From Candidatus Oxydemutatoraceae bacterium (GTDB lineage Bacteria > Pseudomonadota > Gammaproteobacteria > Poriferisulfidales > Oxydemutatoraceae), in contig OZ244779.1 in assembly GCA_965219575.1 (NCBI GenBank), positions 1,260,769 through 1,324,768 of the forward strand: a stretch of 64,000 nucleotides of DNA, in the 5' to 3' direction. This document shows positions 1 through 9,900 of the stretch, piece after piece; position 1 is the stretch's first letter; each line of letters opens with the position of its first letter. The notes beneath the pieces were generated by a model, which searched no databases, was not told where the DNA came from, and saw nothing but the letters and a program-made list of their open reading frames with translations. The position numbers and the translations under genes are program-made.

Positions 1-3000
1 CGTATCTTCAGCGATAACGGTTTTGACGAGACGGTTGAAACCGGCACCGGCAGTTCGGCGATTGTGTTGCGCTCGACCGGCACAACGGTGATTAACATCG
101 AAGTCTCGGGAGCACGGCGCGTCCTATATCGCTTTGAGGTAGATTATTTCTCTTCCGGTCTCGAAAAGGATGTCGATACCGACAAAGACGGATTGGTAGA
201 TGTTCTAACATTGGAAGATTTGGATGCGATACGCAATGCGCTCGACGGCAGACGATTGAGATATCAAAACGCCGACGGTGTATCGATAGAAAGTGCCAAA
301 GGCTGTCCGGTTGCCGGTTGCAAGGGCTATGAGTTGATGCGAGACTTGGACTTCGATAATCCGGCACATTACCGAGCGGGTCGTGTCAACACGGCATGGA
401 CCGGCGGGGCAGGCTGGCAGCCGATAGGTACATCGCGACATCCGTTCACGGCAACATTCAAAGGCAACGGCTATACGATTTCTAATTTGAGAGTGAATAG
501 ACCGAATAGCGACTATATCGGGCTGTTCGGTGTCATAGACGGTAGCGAAAGCGATGTCGTAATAGAGGGTCTCGGTTTAACCGATATCGATATAGTCGGA
601 GGCGCGCATGTCGGCGGTCTGGTCGCTACTAACCGAGCGGGCGACATTCGCCGAAGTTATGTCACCGGTTATGTGGTGGCAAGAGGCAACGGCACCTCGG
701 CAATCGTCGGCGGTCTGGTCGGTAGTAATGTTGCCGGTTCCATCACCGAATCATACTCGGAGACACAAGTGAAAGGCAGTCTATCGGTCGGGTTATCGGT
801 GGCACCGGCAGGTGGTTTGGTTGCCCTAAACGATAATCGTGGTCGCATCGAGAATAGCTATGCGGTGGGGTCGGTAATCGGTTGGGACACTATCGGTGGT
901 TTAGTTGCCGTTAATCAAGGTTCCGGCGAAATCATCAACAGCTATGCGGTGAATAGGGCTATAGCCATCGGAGCGAGGTCTAAAGTAGGTGGCTTGGTTG
1001 CCGTCAACGATGCGGTGGTCGACGATAGTTATTGGGATGTAGAAGTCAGCGACATCGCAGCGAGTGCCGGCGGCACTTCTGCGACCACGGCAGTACTCCG
1101 ATCATCGACACCAACCTCGCCGATCAATAGTATCTATAAAGACTGGGATGCCGATGTATGGGAGTTTGCAGATGCGAGTCGTTATCCCGAACTGAAAGCC
1201 ATTGCCGATGTGCCGCTACTTGCTCCCGAAGGAAAGAGTCTGCTGCAAAGTCTGACCCTATCGAACAATGTTCGGTTATTCCCGTCTTTTCATCCGCTCG
1301 TTTTCGACTACGACCTTATAGCCGAGTCCAGCCGAATAACCGAAGTACAAGCCGATACCACATCGACACGGGTAGGCACGACTATAAATATTGCTTGTCG
1401 CGATGGTTTGATATGTTCGTCGGGTATCCCGACATCGTTCGTATTAAACGGTAGCGACACACCGCAAATTACGATAACAACGCATAATCCCGATGCCGGC
1501 GAATTGTCGTATAACTTCTCGGTACGTTACCACGAACTAACAATTGAACGAATGACGGCAATGAAAACGACAATCGTGCCACTATCGTTGTCGGTAGCCG
1601 AGGGCGAGCGTGTTCGTTTGATAGCTTCTTATGATTTCGGTTTGAGTGCGGATTTGTATCACTATAGGTGGCGACAATCGGCAGGTGATGCGTTAAGGTT
1701 TGACGATACGCGATCGCCGGTTGACACGCAAAATGCAATGTTGGATTTTACGGTACCCGACGATGTAGTGTCTAAGCAGGATGATAGCCGCGTCGTTCAG
1801 TTGACGGCAGAAATCGGTGTCGGCGACATGTATATAAGCAGAGCGATATCACTGATAATTTCCAAAGCGAACAACGACACTGCCGATCGTATTCGCTTGC
1901 TCAAAGATAACGATAAACCATACACTTATACCGTTCGATTTGAAAGAAGAGACGGTAGCGAGTTTGTAGACCGCGACGGAGGTTTTGCCGAAACCCGTAT
2001 ACACTGGCAACGTCGTCGTAGCGAGACAAAAGATTGGGTCGATGTCGGGAGCGGATCTCCGTATACCATTCCCGACCAAGGTGCTTATCAATATCGCGCA
2101 CTTGCTCTATACGAAGACAATCAAGGTTATCGTGAGCAACTGGCATCCGGAGTCATAAACTATTTAGACATAGACGACGACGGCGACGGTTTGATAGAGA
2201 TTCGTTATTTGGAAGAGTTGAATGCGATACGTTATCAGCCGGACGGCAGCGGCTATAAAGCAACCGCAACTGTGGATAAGATCACTACGGGTTGTCCTTT
2301 GGTCAACGGTATCGAACAATGCCGAGGCTATGAATTGATGAACGACTTGGATTTCAACGACAATGCAAGCTATCGGAATCCAATTACCCGCACCGCACTC
2401 AAGAACAGTTGGACGGTGAGCTATTTCACCGATGCAAGCGATTCGGGTTGGCAGCCTATAGGTGGGTTTGATGCCTTATTTAACGGCAACGGTTATACGA
2501 TATCGAATATGCAGATAAACCGTAGCGTCGGCAATACAAACAGTATAGGTCTATTTTCCCAAATAGGCGTAGTCGGAAAGGTTAAGAACTTGGGATTGAT
2601 AGATCCGGCGATCAAAGGCTTGGTCGGTATCAAAAATGTAGGCGGCATCGCCGGCAGAATTGAACGCGGCGGGATCATCATGAATAGCTATGTGGTCGGA
2701 GATGTCGGAGCGGGGAACACCGATAAAATAATAAGGGGTGATGTCGGATTCGGTAGCGGTATAGGCTTCATAGGCGGGATGGTCGGCTGGAATAAAGGTC
2801 TTATACTCAATAGTTATGCAAAGATCAATGTGATTGCCGAAGACTCCGGAACACTTGCAAACAAGCGTGTCGGAATAGGTGGTTTGGTCGGTAGGAACAT
2901 AGACGGCGGCAAGGTGTATAGCAGCTATGCGACCGGTGAGGTGAAAGGTCCTTGCATCGTCGGTGGTTTGGTGGGCAATCAGTTTTCCACCAACCCAAAT

Positions 3001-6000
3001 GAATTATTGACCCGCAGCGAAATCAAAAACAGCTATGCGACCGGCAATGTAGAGACCGGGTTCGGGACGTGCGTAAACTCAAACAACAAATTTGCCGGTG
3101 GTTTAGTCGGCTTTAATAATAGTTCAAGGATTGAAAAGAGTTATACACTAGGTGAAGTTCTCGGTAGCGGCACACGCGCCGGTTTGGTTGCCGGCAGGTT
3201 TCCCGGCGGCAACACTTCTATTGCAAACCCGGACAATAGTTATTGGAACTTTGATGCCAATTCCAATTGTATGAATACTTCTGACGGTCTATTTTGTTAT
3301 GATTTGGGGGTTACTACAAATTATCCGGATGCAAGACTTGAGGATAAGCTCAGATCTGCCACCGGGCCGAATATTAACGATTTGTCATGTATAGATAGTA
3401 GCAATGGCATCTATACTTGTGAGACCTATACGAGTTGGAATACTGCCGATTGGGATTTCGGTACCGGTTTGCAATATCCGGCACTCAAATACGGGGTCGG
3501 ATTGGATAAAGATGACCCGGGTTGCGACACCGATCCCGAGACCGAGTTGCCGGGTTGTAATGCTTTATTGAGCGGTCAGATTGCCGATACGCTTTTGTTG
3601 GATCGGCTGAGTATATCCGCCAATTCGAGGGCTGTGCGGTTGACCCCGAACTTCATGCCGAGTAGGTTTAACTACGAAGCGGTGATTGAAGCCGAGACCG
3701 CACCGGTGCTTATAAAAATTGCCGGCCGTGTCGACAAAGATACCGCAATAACGCTTCGTAGAGACGGTGGTGAACCTTTGATTAAACAATCGGACGGCAC
3801 CGTGCAGATTAGTACGAATGATTCATTCAATCTCGGTATTAAGACCGCAAGCGGAGATGAGCGGACGGCACACTATCGAATACAAGTACATTTAAGTTAT
3901 TTGCCGCAACCGAGAATACTCAATGTAATCGACGGGAGTACCCCTGCCGAATTAGTCAAAGGAAATATCCTTAGCTTAAACGAGGGGGATGTCGTCCGCC
4001 TCGATGCCTCGGAGAGTTTCGGGTCGAACAATTCGCGGTTGGATTACCGATGGAGTCAAGTATCGGGGAAACCGTTGCTGCCGAGGATACAAACCACATC
4101 TACCGTAAAGTTTACGGTGCCCACCGATTTTGTCGCCGCAGACGAGGACGATAGCACGGTGATCCTACAACTGGAGCTGAGCGAAAACAACAATCCACTA
4201 ACTGCCGTAAGTAGAGAAGTATTGTTGCTGGTGAGAAAAATCAATAACGGCAATGCCGAGAGTAATGCGAAATGGATCAGTAGCGATATGCTTTCGGCAG
4301 GCAATCTGTCGGACGATATAGACGGAGGTCCTCTAAGCGATATTGATTATCAATGGTCGTCGGAACAAAACGGTAGATTTGTCGCAATACTCGGTGCGAC
4401 TCGAAAAAGCTATACGCTTCCCGAAAATGCCCGCAACGCACGATACAGAGTCTCTATAAGCTACACCGACGGACAAGGTTACCGAACGAACACTCACTAC
4501 GATGCACCGCGATTTACGACGATTGCCGACTTCGTCGATAAAGACAACGACGGTTTGATAGAGATCGAGACACTCGAGGTGCTCGATGCGATTCGTTATC
4601 AGACGGACGGTAGCGGTTACCGTGCGAGCTCTACGACGATGATGATTACTACAGGTTGTCCTTTGGTCAACGGTGTAGAGAAATGCCGGGGCTACGAATT
4701 AGTCAAGGATTTGGATTTTCTAGACGATGCAGGCTATAGTTCAACCGCCAATAAAGTGGCTTGGACGACCGGCGCAGGTTGGCAACCGATCGGTATTGTC
4801 GCTAATAATGACTGTAGTGATGCGGGTAGCGACTGTTTTGCCGCTATTTTAGAAGGCAACGGATATAGCATTTCCAATTTGCGGATCAATAGAGACACCA
4901 CCGATGAAATAGGTTTATTTGCCGGAAATACCGGCACCATTCGCAATCTTGGGCTATCGGAAATAGAAGTAAAAGGCAATTCTAGGGTCGGTGGTCTCGT
5001 CGGTCGCAACGAAGGTGGACTAATGAATGTTTATGTAGTCGAAGGCAAGGTTGAAGGTCAAAATAACCATATCGGTCTGTTAACCGGCATCAGCGTGTCG
5101 GGTGCGTCGATCATCAATAGTTATGTAATCGGCACTGTGATAGGTTCTCGTTTTGTCGGTGGTATCTGTGGCATAAACTATGGTGACATGATCGGTAGTT
5201 ATACGGTTGCCGATGTTTCGGCACAGCGGGAGGCAGGTGGTCTGGTCGGCGAGAATCAAGGCACTATCAGCAACAGCTATACATCAGGCTCGGTTAGTAT
5301 CAATGAGAAAGAACGAGCTGTCGGAGGTCTAGTCGGTGTATTATGGTCGGGCGGTCGTATTGATAACAGTTACTCGACTGCCGAGGTAAAAACAGACTTT
5401 GTTGCAACAGCCAATAGCGATGTGCAGTATGTAGGTGGTTTAATCGGCAACCGAGAATCACCCAGCCTACAAGTCAATAATAGTTATTGGGATACCGATG
5501 CGAGTGGGCGGACGAACTCTCCGGGAGGCGGTATCGCCAAGACCAAGGCTGAATTACAAATGCCGACGGTAGCCGGGACAAGGGTCAATGCTGTTTATTA
5601 CAACTGGGATGCCGACAGATGGGATTTCGGCACTGCCGAGGAGTATCCGGTGCTCAAATATCACGATAACTCGTGTGGCACTTCGACACCGTCGCCGGAT
5701 TGCGGTAGATTATTGCTTCATCAACGTATCGGTTTGAGAGCTATCGTGTTGGAGCAGAATGTGGAGGGAGAGCAGTTGTATCTTTCTCCCGACTTTGATA
5801 CTGCGGTTACGACTTATACGGTATCGGTGCATGCCGATGCGAGCGAATTGAGAATCACCCCGCTAGCGGCTAATCCCGATGCCGGTATCGTAGCCGACGG
5901 CAAGGTCTTATCGGCAAACCACAGCGGCTATACCATTGCGATAGATACTTCCGAGCCTACATCGACAGTTATGCGAGTTTCGGCGAGCACTTCGATGGGA

Positions 6001-6750
6001 ACCGAGGATCCCGTTATATGTAGACTGACGGTGGGCAATCGTTTACCTACAATAGATATTAACGCGCCTGTTTCGATAAGCGAAGGCGGAACCCTTGTAT
6101 TAAATGCTTCTATAACCGATGCCGACGGAGACGAGTTGCGTTACAGTCTGAGTGCGATTACCGACTTATTGCCGGATTTAGAGGAGACCACCGGCACCGC
6201 GGTAGGCCGTGCCGATCTAATGTATGAGCTTAATATACCCAGTGATTTGCTCGGCGAGAGGCAAAGCAGCGATGATATAGAGATCGTGTTGACGGTTGAG
6301 GATGGCATGAGCGTTATCGGTGAAACGATGTCGATCGCAATAGTCAAAGAAAATAACGGTGTGGTATCGGTTGCTATACCGACGCTAAATGGTTTCACAT
6401 ACACCGTCGGAGATATAGATCTATCGTCGGATGTCGACGGAATAAATCCTGTTCCCGAGATAGCCTACCGATGGCAAGAAGAGTTGCTGGGTAGCTGGTC
6501 GGATATCGACGGTGCCACCGATCGGAGTCATACCGTGGAGGGTATTATAGGTGACCGTTACCGCGTATTGGTCGACTATACCGATAAGCAGGGCTATAGA
6601 CATCGCAGCGTTGCATCGCCGTCGGTATCGGCACCGCAGCAATTTATATATAATGTCGTGAGAACTAGAAGTGTCGTAAGAAGTTCGTCGGATCTGGAAC
6701 CGGCTAGTTTCATACACATCAGAGTATTTCCCGAAGGACTTTTACGATAA
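1..6750 (+). CDS. Giant GLUG-repeat / cadherin-like beta-sandwich surface protein, paralog 1 (5'-partial; last three of about ten modules)
   Basis: The frame is open from base 1 (RIFSDNGFDETVETGTGSSAIVLRST..., colinear with paralog 2 near 17620), so the tracked start at 64 is not real. Contains repeated VGGLVGxN..I.NSYA.G.V GLUG-type rungs, DxDxDGLIEI loops and WDFG..QYP.LKY junctions; ends IHIRVFPEGLLR*. Confidence 0.85.
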   Translation, partial: RIFSDNGFDETVETGTGSSAIVLRSTGTTVINIEVSGARRVLYRFEVDYFSSGLEKDVDTDKDGLVDVLTLEDLDAIRNALDGRRLRYQNADGVSIESAKGCPVAGCKGYELMRDLDFDNPAHYRAGRVNTAWTGGAGWQPIGTSRHPFTATFKGNGYTISNLRVNRPNSDYIGLFGVIDGSESDVVIEGLGLTDIDIVGGAHVGGLVATNRAGDIRRSYVTGYVVARGNGTSAIVGGLVGSNVAGSITESYSETQVKGSLSVGLSVAPAGGLVALNDNRGRIENSYAVGSVIGWDTIGGLVAVNQGSGEIINSYAVNRAIAIGARSKVGGLVAVNDAVVDDSYWDVEVSDIAASAGGTSATTAVLRSSTPTSPINSIYKDWDADVWEFADASRYPELKAIADVPLLAPEGKSLLQSLTLSNNVRLFPSFHPLVFDYDLIAESSRITEVQADTTSTRVGTTINIACRDGLICSSGIPTSFVLNGSDTPQITITTHNPDAGELSYNFSVRYHELTIERMTAMKTTIVPLSLSVAEGERVRLIASYDFGLSADLYHYRWRQSAGDALRFDDTRSPVDTQNAMLDFTVPDDVVSKQDDSRVVQLTAEIGVGDMYISRAISLIISKANNDTADRIRLLKDNDKPYTYTVRFERRDGSEFVDRDGGFAETRIHWQRRRSETKDWVDVGSGSPYTIPDQGAYQYRALALYEDNQGYREQLASGVINYLDIDDDGDGLIEIRYLEELNAIRYQPDGSGYKATATVDKITTGCPLVNGIEQCRGYELMNDLDFNDNASYRNPITRTALKNSWTVSYFTDASDSGWQPIGGFDALFNGNGYTISNMQINRSVGNTNSIGLFSQIGVVGKVKNLGLIDPAIKGLVGIKNVGGIAGRIERGGIIMNSYVVGDVGAGNTDKIIRGDVGFGSGIGFIGGMVGWNKGLILNSYAKINVIAEDSGTLANKRVGIGGLVGRNIDGGKVYSSYATGEVKGPCIVGGLVGNQFSTNPNELLTRSEIKNSYATGNVETGFGTCVNSNNKFAGGLVGFNNSSRIEKSYTLGEVLGSGTRAGLVAGRFPGGNTSIANPDNSYWNFDANSNCMNTSDGLFCYDLGVTTNYPDARLEDKLRSATGPNINDLSCIDSSNGIYTCETYTSWNTADWDFGTGLQYPALKYGVGLDKDDPGCDTDPETELPGCNALLSGQIADTLLLDRLSISANSRAVRLTPNFMPSRFNYEAVIEAETAPVLIKIAGRVDKDTAITLRRDGGEPLIKQSDGTVQISTNDSFNLGIKTASGDERTAHYRIQVHLSYLPQPRILNVIDGSTPAELVKGNILSLNEGDVVRLDASESFGSNNSRLDYRWSQVSGKPLLPRIQTTSTVKFTVPTDFVAADEDDSTVILQLELSENNNPLTAVSREVLLLVRKINNGNAESNAKWISSDMLSAGNLSDDIDGGPLSDIDYQWSSEQNGRFVAILGATRKSYTLPENARNARYRVSISYTDGQGYRTNTHYDAPRFTTIADFVDKDNDGLIEIETLEVLDAIRYQTDGSGYRASSTTMMITTGCPLVNGVEKCRGYELVKDLDFLDDAGYSSTANKVAWTTGAGWQPIGIVANNDCSDAGSDCFAAILEGNGYSISNLRINRDTTDEIGLFAGNTGTIRNLGLSEIEVKGNSRVGGLVGRNEGGLMNVYVVEGKVEGQNNHIGLLTGISVSGASIINSYVIGTVIGSRFVGGICGINYGDMIGSYTVADVSAQREAGGLVGENQGTISNSYTSGSVSINEKERAVGGLVGVLWSGGRIDNSYSTAEVKTDFVATANSDVQYVGGLIGNRESPSLQVNNSYWDTDASGRTNSPGGGIAKTKAELQMPTVAGTRVNAVYYNWDADRWDFGTAEEYPVLKYHDNSCGTSTPSPDCGRLLLHQRIGLRAIVLEQNVEGEQLYLSPDFDTAVTTYTVSVHADASELRITPLAANPDAGIVADGKVLSANHSGYTIAIDTSEPTSTVMRVSASTSMGTEDPVICRLTVGNRLPTIDINAPVSISEGGTLVLNASITDADGDELRYSLSAITDLLPDLEETTGTAVGRADLMYELNIPSDLLGERQSSDDIEIVLTVEDGMSVIGETMSIAIVKENNGVVSVAIPTLNGFTYTVGDIDLSSDVDGINPVPEIAYRWQEELLGSWSDIDGATDRSHTVEGIIGDRYRVLVDYTDKQGYRHRSVASPSVSAPQQFIYNVVRTRSVVRSSSDLEPASFIHIRVFPEGLLR

Positions 6751-6821
6751 TCTCATCTTTTCGGGAGTACTATTGAAAAAGTTTTATAAATTATTGAGGA
6801 TTAAAATAAATTCGTAATAGG

Positions 6822-6851
6822 TTGATATATCTGCATATATGTGCATATAAT
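6822..6851 (+). promoter_or_regulatory. Putative sigma70 promoter of paralog 2
   Basis: TTGATA (6822-6827), 18-nt spacer, TATAAT (6846-6851) in an AT-rich intergenic region; GGGAGG RBS before ATG 6942. Confidence 0.5.
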
Positions 6852-6941
6852 TAAAGGTTGCCGATAGTGGTATAGATAGTTATAAGAACGAATTATTCTT
6901 GTAGCTGTGTGAGGGAAATACTATGTGGGAGGAAGCGTAGT

Positions 6942-9900
6942 ATGAATATATCCGCAAGGTTTTTATTACTGTTAATCACGGTATTATGGACATCTGTATC
7001 GGCACAAGATAGTTTTGAATGCAATTACACAACCGATATAGATCAAGACGAAGACGGGTTGATAGAGCTATGCGATTTGGATGCACTCGATGCGGTTCGC
7101 TATCAGCTCGACGGCAGCGGTTATAGAGAAAGTTTCGATGCGGTCAAGATAACCGCCGGGTGTCCCCCAAGCGGTTGCAACGGCTACGAGTTGCGTAGAG
7201 ACTTGGATTTCAACATCGAGGATAGCTATCGCAATCTCGCCAACAAAGCAGCATGGACGAGCGGTTTAGGTTGGTTGCCTATAGGCGATCGACTCAACTT
7301 CTTTACTGCGAGGTTCGAAGGCAACGGTCATACGATAGCCAATCTTTATATCGATAGACCGTCGGATTATGTCGGTTTATTCAGGGCGACTTCGACGCCG
7401 GCTAAAATAAGCGACCTGATATTATCGCAAATAAACATCGAAGGGAACTCGTATGTCGGTGGTTTAGCGGGTCATAACGCCGGTAGCGTCGCTTATGTCG
7501 GTGTCGAAGGCGGTCGCCTAATCGCTACGGGCAACACCGTAGGCGGGTTGTTCGGTGCCAACGCCGGGACAATACTCAACGGCGATGTCATGCTCGAGCG
7601 TTTAGAGAGTCGCCGGCATAGCCTCGGCGGTCTGGTCGGTCATAACGAAGGGCATATCAGACATAGTGTTGCCGACACCGGTTTATTCGGTGTCAGCCAA
7701 GTCGGAGGCTTGGTCGGTCTCAATGCTCGCGGTGTGTTAGCGAACAGTCGCGCCGACGGGACTGCGAATGGGAGCGATTATATCGGTGGCTTGGTCGGTC
7801 TCAATCATGCTCGGATTAGTGCGAGCTATTCGATCGGCAAAGTGATAAGCGACGGTTCGTATAGCGGTGGTTTGGTCGGTGCCAACGACCGTGGCGGTAG
7901 AATTGCCGATAGTCGGGCGAGCGGTGCGATTTCCGGCAATCTTTATGCGGGCGGTCTGGTCGGTTGGAATAAAGACAGTGAAATCACCAATAGTTTTGCG
8001 CTTGGCCGTGTAGAAGGCAATAGCGATGTAGGGGGTTTGGTCGGTTGGAACGAGGGTGGTCGAATAAGCAATACCTATGCGAGCGGTTCTGCAACTGGTG
8101 TGGATAGAATCGGTGGTTTGGTCGGCAGTAATAAAGGTATCGTTTCCGACAGTTTTGCAAACGGACGCGTTGTTGCAAGCGGTGTACATGCGGGTGGTTT
8201 GATCGGCTGGAATTATGCCCATCAGACCAGAGATGCCACCACGGTGCGTGTGATACACAGCTATTGGAATAGCAACACTGTCGGGATATCGCTCAGTGCC
8301 GGTGGAAGTCCTCGGACTACCGAACAGCTACAATCACCGACTGCGCCCGGTCTACTCGGTGAGACTTTCGAGAGATGGGATGTTGCCGATTGGGATTTCG
8401 GCACCGACGAACAATACCCGATACTCAAACACAGCGAAGGTTCTAATACGGGACACCTATTGTCGGGTCAATACATTATGCTGTCGGGTCTGCTGGTATT
8501 AGACGGGTTGACTTTATCTCCGGCGTTCGATCCGCAAACCTTCGACTATCGCGTACACCTAAGCGACGACAGTTTAAGACAGATAAGGTTCAGTCCTACG
8601 ATAGCGAATAGCACGCAAACGATTAGTGTTCTCAAAGACGAGGAAACCGGTTTGCCGTCGGTGAACAACGGCGAGACGGTGACGGTCGATTTGAATATCG
8701 CTCCCGAGCCGACCTTGGTGACGATAGCGAGGCACTATCGGATCCGAGTGGTGCATCAATCCGCCTTGCAAGTAAAGATCGGTAGCGACCGCTCGGATCA
8801 TACGGTGAGCGAGGGACAAGACATCACATTCGATGTTTCAACCTCCGAACCGGACTTGCGGCGAGTGCGCTATCACTGGAGTCAGGTTTCACCGGCGAAA
8901 CCCGATTTATTGAAAGACTTAAATACTCGGAAAGCCGAACTGAACATCGACATACCCGACGATTTTGTAGCTCGAGATAACGACGAGAGCCCTGTTGTAT
9001 TGCGAGTGGAAGTGCGTGTCGGTGGGACAACCATAGTTCGCAATACGACGATGACGGTCGTCAAAATGAATAACGGCGGTATAAGCACCTTAGCTGCCCC
9101 GACCTATCGCGAAGGCACCTTGACGGTGGCGGATATAAGCGAAGCCGATTTATCTATGGAGCCCGACGGCGGTGTCGATCCGAGCAGCTTGAGCTACCGG
9201 TGGCAGTACAAGCTACCGTCGGCTTCCGCACCATGGCGAGATATTGAAGATGCGACGCAGATACACTATCAGATACCTTTTGTATTATCGGCAATCGATA
9301 ACATCGGCTATCGTGTATGGCTGGATTATGATGATAATCAGGGTTACTATCACCGCATCGTATCCGAACCACGATCGGTTATGCGTGTTGTAGCAGATGA
9401 CGGTTTTAGCGACATCTATTATCTGGAGGATTTGAATGCGATACGCAATCAACCGAACGGCAAATACGAGTTGGTCCGAGATTTGGATTTTAACTCGGAT
9501 GCAAGCTATCGCGATCCGATCAATAAAGCGAAGTGGACGGTAGCCGATTACGAGAACGATGCGGATGCCGGCTGGTTGCCGATAGGCACGATTGCAGATC
9601 GTTTCACAGGTACTTTCGAGGGTCACGGTCATGCGATATTCAATTTGCAGATCAATAGAGACACCGCCGACTATCAGGGTTTATTCGGTGTTTCGGGATC
9701 TGCTGCGACCGTAAGAAATGTCGGTTTGCCGGATGTCAAGATAGAGGGAAATCTATATATCGGTGGTCTCGTCGGTTCCAGCGGAGGCACTATCATCGGC
9801 AGTTATATTCTCGGCAAGGTATCGGCGAATAGTTTTTTAGGCGGACTGGTAGGGGAAAACGACGGCAGAATTATTAATAGCTACGCCGGTGTCGTTGTTT

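Noticed and set aside
6909-6941. GTG start for paralog 2
   Set aside because: ATG 6942 has the RBS, matches the starts of paralogs 3 and 4 and begins the signal peptide.
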